Origin: Polyangiaceae bacterium
GTDB lineage: Bacteria > Myxococcota_A > Polyangia > Polyangiales > Polyangiaceae
NCBI GenBank assembly: GCA_044376115.1
Contig: JBILLK010000016.1
Coordinates: 32,001-96,000 of the forward strand
Direction: 5' to 3'
DNA: 64,000 bases
Shown: piece after piece, positions 1-8,566 of the stretch
How the letters are laid out: every line of letters starts with the position of its first letter
Numbering within the stretch: the stretch's first letter is position 1
Program-made: the position numbers and the translations under genes
Notes under the pieces: generated by a model
Told to the model about the DNA's origin: nothing
The model's input: only the letters and a program-made list of their open reading frames with translations
Database searches by the model: none

Positions 1-285
1 GGTCCGGTCCGCGATCCAGATATCCATTCCGCCCGGTTGCCGCTCCAGCAGGATGGTGGCGATCGCGTCGTTGTCCTCGGCCAGCCGCTCGAGCACCGTT
101 GGATCCGAACTGGCCGGCCGGTCCTTGAAGACGGTATCGATGCCCAACGTTGCGAGCTCGGCTTGCAACCGAACGGCGAGCGGACCTTCCGCAAGCACGA
201 CCACGCGGTCCGCTGCGTACAGCGTGCTCGCGGGGACCGAGGCGGCCAAAAGGCCGACCAATGCCAAGTTAAGGCGCAGCTTCAT
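1..285 (-). CDS. Exported hypothetical protein, third gene of the ECF-FecR cassette (runs off the window edge)
   Basis: My translation from ATG 285 gives MKLRLNLALVGLLAASVPASTLYAADRVVVLAEGPLAVRLQAELATLG...MDIWIADRT. It has a signal-peptide-like N-terminus, an open frame to position 1, and overlaps the 3' end of the FecR gene. Confidence 0.7.
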   Translation of the reverse strand, partial: MKLRLNLALVGLLAASVPASTLYAADRVVVLAEGPLAVRLQAELATLGIDTVFKDRPASSDPTVLERLAEDNDAIATILLERQPGGMDIWIADRT

Positions 286-1453
286 CGAGGATGGTTTTGG
301 CAAGCCGAGCGTGGGCCCCATTGGGGAAACGCGCGAGATAGCGGCTGGCTGCGGCGCGTGCCGCTTGCTTGTTGCCGCCGCGATGGGCGATCTCGAGCAA
401 ACGTCCAAGTGCTTCTGGTGCGAGTGTGCCGCCTGGAGCCTCCGCTAGGTACTGCTCGAAGAAGGTCGCCGCCGAGGCCGACGGGAACGCCGCTACACCC
501 AAGGAGAAGAGTGCGCGTTGCGCTTCGAGCGAGCCGGCAAAGCGCTCACGGACTTTGCTGTAGGCGCGCACCCCGAGTGAGGACTTCCCACCCAAGCGAC
601 AAGCGTCACCGAGCAGCAACAGCTCCGATGCCGAGCTCCTGGACAGAACGCTGTCGAAGCCGGCCGACTCCGCTGCTTCCACCGCCAACTTGTATTTGCC
701 TTCGAGCGCGAGCGCCTGCCAGTTCGGTTGGTCGGCCGGACCGACGCTTGGCTTTGCGGACGAAGGAGCGGAGGCGGTTGCGCTTGGGGGGGCTTGAAGC
801 GAGGGCGCTGGGGGTGGGGGAGACGGCACTTGCGGCTCAGGCTCGGCGCCGAACTGAAGCTTTTGGCCAGCGATCACGAGGCGCGGCTCAACGTCGCCAC
901 CACTCACGCGAACGCTCCCGTCCAACATCTCAAGGTCGAAGCGCTTGGTCTTCGGCTCCCAGCTCAGGTCGAAGCGAGTCCCTTTCACCTCGACGCGGTA
1001 CGGTCCGGCGAGGAACTCCCAGCGCCGACCTCGATCGGGCGGGACCGAGATGCGCATTCGCCCTTGCTCCAAACGCACGCGGCCCCCGAGGTCGCTGCGT
1101 TCGACGACCTGGCCTTCACCGCCCATCGAAAGCAAGACGGTGGTGCCATCTTCGAACACGAACGCACCGTCCTCAGCCGATGCCGAGAGTGCGCTGGGCA
1201 CCGGCTCGGCCGCGGACGCGGCTTGTTGCGCCGGAGGGCCAGCAAGCTGCGCGTCCTTGCGAACGAGACCGAACCACAACAAGCCGATGACGAGAGCCGC
1301 CGGGGCCAGCGCCCACGTCCAGCGCCAAGAACGTTGCGGACGTGCAGCGCGCGCTCGCCGCAACGTTTCCCGGACCACTTGCTCGGAGAGCCGCTCAGCA
1401 GCTTGATCCTGGTGCTTGGCGACGGTGCGGCCAAGATCTTCAAGCGAGTTCAT
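269..1453 (-). CDS. FecR-domain anti-sigma/transmembrane signalling protein with C-terminal TPR-like repeats
   Basis: Start MNSLEDLG overlaps the sigma-factor stop (ATGA at 1450-1453). One TM helix (WALAPAALVIGLLWFG), FecR-like FEDGT...RLEQG...VEVKGTRF, a Pro-rich linker and helical repeats (FEQYLAEAPGG, YLARFPNG). Confidence 0.85.
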   Translation of the reverse strand: MNSLEDLGRTVAKHQDQAAERLSEQVVRETLRRARAARPQRSWRWTWALAPAALVIGLLWFGLVRKDAQLAGPPAQQAASAAEPVPSALSASAEDGAFVFEDGTTVLLSMGGEGQVVERSDLGGRVRLEQGRMRISVPPDRGRRWEFLAGPYRVEVKGTRFDLSWEPKTKRFDLEMLDGSVRVSGGDVEPRLVIAGQKLQFGAEPEPQVPSPPPPAPSLQAPPSATASAPSSAKPSVGPADQPNWQALALEGKYKLAVEAAESAGFDSVLSRSSASELLLLGDACRLGGKSSLGVRAYSKVRERFAGSLEAQRALFSLGVAAFPSASAATFFEQYLAEAPGGTLAPEALGRLLEIAHRGGNKQAARAAASRYLARFPNGAHARLAKTILDEAAP

Positions 1454-2094
1454 GCGTCCTCCGCTTGGGTAAAGCGGCTCTCGGCCAGCCAAGGCGCTAA
1501 GGCAGGTTGGTTCTTGGCCAAGGAGGCAAACCGTTTGCTCGCTTCGGCGATACGGCGTTTTGCGGTGGCGAGGGAAACGCTCATGCTCTGCGCCACCTCC
1601 GTGAGCTCCATTCCCTCTAGGTAGCGCAAGGCGAAGGCTGTGCGTTCTTCCTCGCTGAGCTTGTTCAACACCTCGTAGACAGCGACCAGGGCTGCTCGGC
1701 CCGCTTCGTCGTGCTGCTCCGGCAGATCCAACTCCTCCACTTGCACCCGCTCGCCGAACAGCCAGCGCCAGCGCGCCCTTCGCTGCAAAACTCGGCGAGC
1801 CCTCATCACCGCCAAGGTGGTGAGCCACGAACGAAAGGCTCGGGGATCCCTCAGCGTTGGCAGATCCTGCATGGCTCGCAGCAGAACCTCCTGTGCCTGA
1901 TCCACGACCTCTGGGTCGCCTCCCAGAATTCGCATCAGCACGCGAGTAACGCGTGGGGCGTGCCGCACGATCAGCGCCTCTTCGGCTTTGCGGTCCCCGG
2001 CAACCGCCGCAACCACGAGCTGCTCATCCGTCAGCTCGGGCGCGAGGCGCAGGAGTACCCCGCCCGAACGGTCGCGGTTATGAGCAGTCACCAC
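1450..2094 (-). CDS. ECF-family RNA polymerase sigma factor
   Basis: Region 2 (DQAQEVLL...FRSWL) and region 4 (LSEEERTAFALRYLEGMELTEVAQSMSVSLATAKRR). The start is uncertain; GTG 2094 was chosen because the longer ORF would run through the tRNA. Confidence 0.9.
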   Translation of the reverse strand: MVTAHNRDRSGGVLLRLAPELTDEQLVVAAVAGDRKAEEALIVRHAPRVTRVLMRILGGDPEVVDQAQEVLLRAMQDLPTLRDPRAFRSWLTTLAVMRARRVLQRRARWRWLFGERVQVEELDLPEQHDEAGRAALVAVYEVLNKLSEEERTAFALRYLEGMELTEVAQSMSVSLATAKRRIAEASKRFASLAKNQPALAPWLAESRFTQAEDA

Positions 2095-2207
2095 GGCTGT
2101 ATGCTCGTTGATGCGCGTCAAACGGCTCAGAAAAATCTGATGGTCGTACGAATTGTTGCTGGGTGAGCAGGCATCGACTCTGCCGGCACTTTCAGCACCG
2201 GAAAATG

Positions 2208-2239
2208 AAAAAAACCGCGAAACAGGTCCGCGGTTTTCT
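2208..2239 (-). terminator. Intrinsic terminator downstream of tRNA-Pro
   Basis: The minus strand forms the hairpin AAAACCGCGGAC-CT-GTTTCGCGGTTTT followed by a T run. Confidence 0.75.
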
Positions 2240-2247
2240 TGTTCTTC

Positions 2248-2325
<78 letters not shown>

Positions 2326-2449
2326 TCGCCGTGACGCGTTCTCCACGACGCGGCAAGGCGCGGACATTGGTCTTCTGCGCCTCACATGTCAAGCAGTTCT
2401 CGTCACTCAGTAAAAGATGACGTGGTTTCCTTCGAGAACCTGACTCGGG

Positions 2450-4027
2450 TTGTTCGGGCTTGCGGCTCAAGGCCGTTCAGAGGACGCGGAAGCCGTGGAG
2501 CGGACCTCTGAGCTCGAGGCCGAGCTTGGCCTTGGTGGCGGAGCGCTGACGCGATTCTTCGACCCGAAGGCGCGCTTTGCGCTCACCACCTTCCTCATGC
2601 TTCGGCTGCTTGGCGTGGTCTACGTCGCCGCCTTTGCGAGCGCGTTGTTTCAGAACCGCTTGTTGATAGGTGAGGGCGGCCTACTGCCTGCGAAGCGCTA
2701 CGTCCTTGAACTAGCGGCCACCGGGCCCCCCATGCGCGTTGCTCCCTCGTTGTTCCATCTGCTTGGAACTAGCGACGACGCACTGACGACGGTGGCGGGC
2801 CTCGGGCTGGCACTGTCGCTTGCGGTCGCCTTGGGGTTGACCAACTCCCTCGTGAACCTCGTTTTGTGGCTGCTCTATCTTTCGCTCGTTCAGATCGGTC
2901 AGGAGTTCTACAGCTTCGGTTGGGAGCTGCAGCTTTGCGAAACAGGTCTGCTGGCGGTCTTTCTCGCTCCACTGACCAGTCTGCGGCCGTTTCCTCCGCG
3001 GCCGCCGCCAGCTCTGGTGCTGTGGCTTTTCCGCTGGCTGATCGTGAGGGTGATGTTGGGGGCGGGGCTGATCAAGCTGCGCGGTGACAGCTGTTGGCAG
3101 GACTTGAGCTGCCTCGATTTTCACTTTCAGTCGCAACCGCTCCCAGGGCCGTTCTCTGCACTCTTTCATCGTTTGCCCGGCTGGCTTCACTCCTGCGGAG
3201 TGCTGGTGACGTTGGTCGTTGAAGTCGTTGCGCCGCTCGCCGCCTTGGGTCCTCGGCGGTTGCGTCTGGTCGCTGGCGTTCTCTTCGTGTCCTTTCAGCT
3301 CACGTTGATTTTGAGCGGAAACCTCTCGTTCTTTAACTGGCTCACAGTCGTTTCGGCGCTTGCGTGTTTTGATGACGCTGCGCTCGAGCGGGTGGTCCCA
3401 CAGCGGTTAGTTAGCCTTGCTCGAGCGGTGAACGCACCGCCAAGTCCAGCGGCCTTGTGGTGCGCGGGAGGTTTTGCTCTCTACGTGGCGATCTTGAGCA
3501 TCGACCCGATTGCCAACCTCGCTAGCTCACGACAAGCGATGAATCGGTCCTTCGAGCCGCTGCACATGGTCAACAGCTATGGCGCCTTCGGCTCGGTCAA
3601 CCGCGAGCGCTTCGAGGTCGTGCTGGAGGGCAGCGACGCCAGCGACCCCGACGAATCAGAGGCCTGGCGAGAGTACGTTTTCCCGTGCAAACCGGGGCCA
3701 CTCACGCGACCGCCCTGCTGGATCAGCCCGTATCAACGTCGCTTGGATTGGCAGATGTGGTTTCTGCCGTTTGGCACGGTGGAGGACCACCCTTGGTTCG
3801 TTCGTTTGGTCGCCAAGCTGCTCGCCGGCGACCAGCAGCTGCTGTCAGCATTCGCCCAGGACCCGTTTGCGGGGAAGCCTCCGCGTTGGGTGCGGGCGAG
3901 GCTCTTTCGCTACGCGTTCGGTGCGAGCGATACCTGGGAACGAACGCTGATCGGTGATTACCTGCGTCCGGTCGATCGCTTCGATCCAGAGCTGCAGGCT
4001 TACGTCGAGGCGCTCGAGCGCGACTAA
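2450..4027 (+). CDS. Lipase maturation factor (LMF1) family membrane protein
   Basis: Motifs FYSFGWE..L.ETG, GAGLIKLRGD.CW, QPLP, SGNLSFFNWLT, NSYGAFG, CKPG and PYQRRLDWQMWF. The start is uncertain. Confidence 0.92.
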   Translation: MFGLAAQGRSEDAEAVERTSELEAELGLGGGALTRFFDPKARFALTTFLMLRLLGVVYVAAFASALFQNRLLIGEGGLLPAKRYVLELAATGPPMRVAPSLFHLLGTSDDALTTVAGLGLALSLAVALGLTNSLVNLVLWLLYLSLVQIGQEFYSFGWELQLCETGLLAVFLAPLTSLRPFPPRPPPALVLWLFRWLIVRVMLGAGLIKLRGDSCWQDLSCLDFHFQSQPLPGPFSALFHRLPGWLHSCGVLVTLVVEVVAPLAALGPRRLRLVAGVLFVSFQLTLILSGNLSFFNWLTVVSALACFDDAALERVVPQRLVSLARAVNAPPSPAALWCAGGFALYVAILSIDPIANLASSRQAMNRSFEPLHMVNSYGAFGSVNRERFEVVLEGSDASDPDESEAWREYVFPCKPGPLTRPPCWISPYQRRLDWQMWFLPFGTVEDHPWFVRLVAKLLAGDQQLLSAFAQDPFAGKPPRWVRARLFRYAFGASDTWERTLIGDYLRPVDRFDPELQAYVEALERD

Positions 4028-4029
4028 GC

Positions 4030-4470
4030 TCAGCGAAGTACCTGCGGGTTGGTCAGGACCGCGCTCAAATCGCCGCAATGAACCGCAGGGGCGGGCTTGA
4101 TCTCGGGGTGCTTCTCGTTGAAGCGTTTGGCGACGTCGTTGCAGGTGCCGCCGTGCCCGCAGGCGACGGTGTACACAACGCTGGGCCCGCCCTTGTAGGC
4201 CGAGCGCACGTCGTATTTGACGATGGCTACTTCTCCGACCCTGTTTTGCGGCACCTGATCGACGCGCGTCCACGCCGAGTTGGTCGAAAGGACGTTGCGA
4301 ATCAGCTGCAGCCGGGCCTCTTCATTCGCCCCGTCTCCTGGTAGAAGAATCGCGGTGGCGGAGTAACAAGTGGCGTCGGCCTCCTTCACGCCACCGTCCG
4401 CGAGTGCATTCGTCGAGAGTGCGGCAACGGCAACGCAAGCAAACCAAAGCCAGGGTCGATTGATGTTCAC
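4030..4470 (-). CDS. Small secreted hypothetical protein (4 Cys in the mature part)
   Basis: Signal peptide ending in ALA; convergent with the LMF gene. Confidence 0.7.
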   Translation of the reverse strand: MNINRPWLWFACVAVAALSTNALADGGVKEADATCYSATAILLPGDGANEEARLQLIRNVLSTNSAWTRVDQVPQNRVGEVAIVKYDVRSAYKGGPSVVYTVACGHGGTCNDVAKRFNEKHPEIKPAPAVHCGDLSAVLTNPQVLR

Positions 4471-4733
4471 GCCAGGCGTTTACGTGGCGGCGAGCCGATT
4501 CTTCCGACTTGGCAACCAGGCAACATGGACACACGTGTGTAACACCCGCATCGTTGGAACCTCGTGACCACGCTAACAATCCCCGAAAGTTGCTGTTGGC
4601 CAATGGTCAATAGCGCGCTGGGTTCGCCATCTGCTCTTCACGCCTTGCGCTGGCCGGGCGGAGACCGTGGTGAATTGGCGCTCAGTTGCCTACATTTACC
4701 CTGAGCGATTGCTCGCTCCTCCCTGGATCCACT

Positions 4734-5831
4734 ATGAATCACCGCCTTTTCGCGAGGCTTTGCAACCTCGGCATTCTCTCGCTGATGGCCTGTGGCCCAT
4801 CGCAGACTGAAACAATAAGTTCAGTAGTATCGAGTACTTCAGCTCCTGCTAGCGCGTCCGCGGCGCTCCCGGTGGCAACTGGAGACGCTCGTACCGGGCG
4901 TGGAACCGGGCAGGGTCAAGGGCAGGGTCAAAAAAGATTCGGGGATTCAGCGGCTTACGTCGATGGCAAGCCGCTGGGCGTATTGCGCTACTTCGAGCTG
5001 CCGCCCTCCCTCAAATACTTCGACTACCCCCTGGCGAACGGGAAGAATGCGCAACGATATCGGGTGGCTGAGTACATCGAGGCGGTGGGGATTCCGCTCG
5101 ATAAGGTCAAGGCTGTGCACTTCGTCGGTGGTCGCAATCGGACAGCGGTCGTGGCGGGGGAGGAGATTCGTAAACAACGAGATGTGCTCGCTTTTTCGTT
5201 CACTCGCGAGACGGCTGGCAAAGCTCGAATGCACTGGCCGCCGGGCATTCAGAGCAACACGACCATCGACGCGATCGTGAACCTACTGATCTACGTGGAT
5301 CGCGAGGTCCCGACTTATGATTCGAAAAAGAAGGCCTTTTTCGACAAAGAAATGAAACGGTTCGAGGGCGTTCCGTACGCCGATCCTGATGCTGCGATTC
5401 GCGGGACGCGGGTGTACGTAGACGGCGTCTATCAGGCGTCTGTGAAGCGAAAACTGCTCCCAGATGCCGTGTTATCGCCTCGTTACAGCGTTACAAACCC
5501 CGTCTTCTCGGTCGAAAAGTACCTCGGATGGATCGGCGCAAAACCGCAAGAGACCACGACTTTTGCCGTGGTTCAGGGTGACAGCGTGGTGCTTCGGATG
5601 GACCAAAAGAGCTGGAAAACAGCCAATGCCTCGCTGGATTTCTTGATTTCCAAGGGGAGCGAGGGGCGTGTGATCGTGCTCGGCGAGGACGGCAGCACCC
5701 GCTTTCCAGCCCATTCTCTCCATGTTTTCTCGAAGAAAAAGCCTCATCCGCGGCTATTGACCGCTCCGATCGAGCCGCCGAACCCTGGATCAGAAGAGGC
5801 CCAGCCTGCTCCGGAAGAATCCCCCGAATAG
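4734..5831 (+). CDS. Lipoprotein with two tandem domains that resemble the sulfite-oxidase-type molybdopterin-binding fold
   Basis: Lipobox LMAC. Internal duplication: YVDG...YRVAEYIEAVGI...V.FVGG and YVDG...FSVEKYLGWIGA...F.VVQGD. The fold call is an inference. Confidence 0.7.
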   Translation: MNHRLFARLCNLGILSLMACGPSQTETISSVVSSTSAPASASAALPVATGDARTGRGTGQGQGQGQKRFGDSAAYVDGKPLGVLRYFELPPSLKYFDYPLANGKNAQRYRVAEYIEAVGIPLDKVKAVHFVGGRNRTAVVAGEEIRKQRDVLAFSFTRETAGKARMHWPPGIQSNTTIDAIVNLLIYVDREVPTYDSKKKAFFDKEMKRFEGVPYADPDAAIRGTRVYVDGVYQASVKRKLLPDAVLSPRYSVTNPVFSVEKYLGWIGAKPQETTTFAVVQGDSVVLRMDQKSWKTANASLDFLISKGSEGRVIVLGEDGSTRFPAHSLHVFSKKKPHPRLLTAPIEPPNPGSEEAQPAPEESPE

Positions 5832-5855
5832 CGTGGTTTTTGACTAGCGCAAGGC

Positions 5856-5871
5856 TGGCACGCGGGGTGCA
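5856..5871 (+). promoter_or_regulatory. Sigma54 (-24/-12) promoter
   Basis: TGGCACG-CGGG-GTGCA has GG-N10-GC spacing and sits upstream of RBS GGGAG (5895) and ATG 5905. Confidence 0.75.
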
Positions 5872-5904
5872 ACGTTCCGTCACGTGACCGCAAAGGGAGA
5901 TGAC

Positions 5905-7611
5905 ATGAACCGAACCAGCCTTCGCCGAAACCTGGGTGTGCTCGCGGGTGTTTCACTCGCCATGACGTTGGCCTCCAGTGCATCGGCAGCGCCGCTGTCC
6001 TTGTCGCCGGTGGTGATGCAGTTCGCCGACGGCAACGATGCTGGCCCGCAAGAGGCCGACGGCGGTCCCGGCCACGAGCAGTCCTCGGTCACGTACCTTG
6101 AGAAGGACGGCAAGACCTACGTCGTCACGATCTACATGAGTTCGAAGGTGAGCGAGGAAGACTCGGCCTGGCAATGCAAGTGCAGCTCTGTTGAACTCAC
6201 CACCGACGGGCTGCCCAAGGTCGTCGCGGACCAGGTGCAGCTCACGGCGAACCGCAACGGCGATCGTCATTGCAACCACCCGAAGGCGGCCTCCGACGGC
6301 AAGCGCGTGGTTTGGCTCTTCGGCACCGATGAGGACTCCAACAACACCGAGACCTACGTCAGCGCCGTTGACGAGATGTGCAATCCGCTAATGGAGCCGA
6401 AGCAGGTCAGCACGACCAACGGCAATAACAACGGTGCACCCGACATCTCTTACAACGGACAGGGCTACTTCACCGGCGGCTACCTCAGCACCAACAACAA
6501 TGACACCAGCTATGCGATGGGCCTCAAGGTCACCGAGCTTGGTGGCAGCAGCATCGACGTCGAACGCACCTACTTGGAGGGCGTTGTCGCTCCCTCGAAC
6601 ATCGGCCGTCCGACGATTGCGCGCATCGACGATGAGTACTCGCTCTTCTGCGCTTCGCAGGGCAACAACCGACCCCCGGAGGACGGCGTCAAGTGCGCGA
6701 AGCTCAACAACATGACCGGCGAAGTCATGTACTCGCAGATCATCGCCGCTTCGCAGCCGAACCAGAAGATCTACATGAACCAGCCCACCGTCGTGAAGAT
6801 GGAGAACGGCCAGTACGCTCTGCGCGTGCTTGAGTCGAGCGGTGAGGGCAAGACCAACAACAAGAAGGGCTCGAACCGGTCCCACGACTACATCATCTCG
6901 CCGGCGACCGATAACTTCCTCGTGGCAGCTCACGAGGAGAACCTCGGTAACTACCCCACGCACTCGGCGACCTGTTCAGGCGCCTACGGCATCGAGGGCA
7001 AGCGTCACTTCGGTGTGTTCGCCGCAGCGAACACTGGCAACAGCCAACCGCTGATTCAGTTCTTCGAGCTGAACAACAGCCAAATCAAAGCCGATCCGAC
7101 CCACAATACCTGGGTAGCCGGTTGGTACGCCGACTCCGGCAAACTGTCGAATCTCTATGGTCACAACCCCGGCACCCAGGGCCGCGACTTTTTGCGCTGC
7201 ATCGGCGATGTGCCGAACCCCGGCTTCGGCCAGCCCAACGGCTTCTACCCGAGCGTGAAGAGCTTCTTCGTGATTCCCCACGCAGGTCGCATCCCCGGCC
7301 AAGAGAAGAATTCGCAGTGGTTCACCCTCGTCCCTGGACACACCACGGTCCCGGCAACGCCCGCTCCCCCGGCCGATGTGAAGGATGTCGAGCTCGGGAC
7401 GCAAGGTGAGAAGCCGACCGAGTCGGAGCCGCCGGCCCCGACCGAGCCCCCCACCGACGAGCCGACCGACGAGCCGCCCTCGGTTCAGGTCAACAACACC
7501 TCGGGTAGCTGCTCAACCACCGGCACCGGTAGCAGCTCGAACACTGGTACGATTGCTTTGGCCCTTGGAATTGCTTTGGCGCTCTCTGCGCGCCGCCGAA
7601 AGGATGGCTGA
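5905..7611 (+). CDS. Cell-surface protein with MYXO-CTERM sorting signal (probable beta-propeller)
   Basis: Signal peptide, an Asn-rich beta-rich body, a Pro/Glu linker, and C-terminal SGSCST...IALALGIALALSARRRK (Cys, TM helix, Arg cluster). Confidence 0.85.
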   Translation: MNRTSLRRNLGVLAGVSLAMTLASSASAAPLSLSPVVMQFADGNDAGPQEADGGPGHEQSSVTYLEKDGKTYVVTIYMSSKVSEEDSAWQCKCSSVELTTDGLPKVVADQVQLTANRNGDRHCNHPKAASDGKRVVWLFGTDEDSNNTETYVSAVDEMCNPLMEPKQVSTTNGNNNGAPDISYNGQGYFTGGYLSTNNNDTSYAMGLKVTELGGSSIDVERTYLEGVVAPSNIGRPTIARIDDEYSLFCASQGNNRPPEDGVKCAKLNNMTGEVMYSQIIAASQPNQKIYMNQPTVVKMENGQYALRVLESSGEGKTNNKKGSNRSHDYIISPATDNFLVAAHEENLGNYPTHSATCSGAYGIEGKRHFGVFAAANTGNSQPLIQFFELNNSQIKADPTHNTWVAGWYADSGKLSNLYGHNPGTQGRDFLRCIGDVPNPGFGQPNGFYPSVKSFFVIPHAGRIPGQEKNSQWFTLVPGHTTVPATPAPPADVKDVELGTQGEKPTESEPPAPTEPPTDEPTDEPPSVQVNNTSGSCSTTGTGSSSNTGTIALALGIALALSARRRKDG

Positions 7612-7614
7612 CCA

Positions 7615-8544
7615 ATGCGACTCTCCCTCGGAACACTGCTCGCATTTGCGATGGGGGCGGCCGCGCTGGTCGCTTGCAAATCAGGCCCAAGCATCACGCT
7701 GACGCCCGATGATGACGACGGCGGCGGCTCAAGCAGCAGCGGTGAGGCTGGTTCAACCGGCACCGCTGGAATGGGCGGGACGGGCGGCATGTCTTCCTCG
7801 GGCGGCGCCAAGGCGATGTTCGTCGAGCAGGTGTACCCGGCGATCAACGTGGCCTGCGGCTCCTGCCACAGCGGCGCTGAACTCGCCGGAGCCGCACCGC
7901 TGTTCTGGGCTGCTTCGGCAGACGCTTCGTACACGGCGATCGTTGGTTATGCGCCCAGCATGATCGCCGTTCCGGACAACAGCAATCTCGTGCTTCACGG
8001 CGCGCACACCGGTCCGGCTCTCACCGCAGGTCAGATGACCACCGTGCGAGCTTGGTTGGAGCTCGAGGCGGAGGAGCGTGGGCTTGTAGGAGGTGGCGAT
8101 GACCCGACGCCGCCCCCGACCGAAACGCTCGCTGGTGCACTCGAGGAGTTCGGCAACTGCATGAACCTCGAGGATTGGATTTCCACTGGCATGCCCACCG
8201 TGGCGAACGCGCAGACGGCAGCCGGCTCGTGCGTGGGATGTCACAGCTCCGGCGAGGCGGGCGCTTGGCTCTCCGCGCAGCAGGAAGAGACCTTCCAAAT
8301 GAACCGCGACTTCCCCTACGTGAAGAAGCTCGTTTCGGGAACGGTCAATGAGAACGGCGCCTTCGCTGGTCTGGTCGAGGCGCGCCGCTTTATCAACAAG
8401 GGTCCCGAGGCCGGTAACTGCAACCCGCAGATCGACAACTGCCACCCGGTTTACTCAATGCCCCCGAACCAGGTTGCCGCGATCGAAGACTTCGTCGACC
8501 TCACGTTGGCTCGCATGGCGGCTGGCAACTGTCCGACTCAGTGA
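7615..8544 (+). CDS. Diheme c-type cytochrome lipoprotein
   Basis: Lipobox LVAC and two CxxCH motifs (CGSCH, CVGCH), each followed by a candidate distal His (HGAH, CHP). Confidence 0.85.
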   Translation: MRLSLGTLLAFAMGAAALVACKSGPSITLTPDDDDGGGSSSSGEAGSTGTAGMGGTGGMSSSGGAKAMFVEQVYPAINVACGSCHSGAELAGAAPLFWAASADASYTAIVGYAPSMIAVPDNSNLVLHGAHTGPALTAGQMTTVRAWLELEAEERGLVGGGDDPTPPPTETLAGALEEFGNCMNLEDWISTGMPTVANAQTAAGSCVGCHSSGEAGAWLSAQQEETFQMNRDFPYVKKLVSGTVNENGAFAGLVEARRFINKGPEAGNCNPQIDNCHPVYSMPPNQVAAIEDFVDLTLARMAAGNCPTQ

Positions 8545-8566
8545 TCCGCGATAGAGTGAGGGCCGA

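Noticed and set aside
4676..4691. TTGGCGCTCAGTTGCC as a sigma54 promoter
   Set aside because: The spacing is GG-N9-GC, one base short of the strict requirement.
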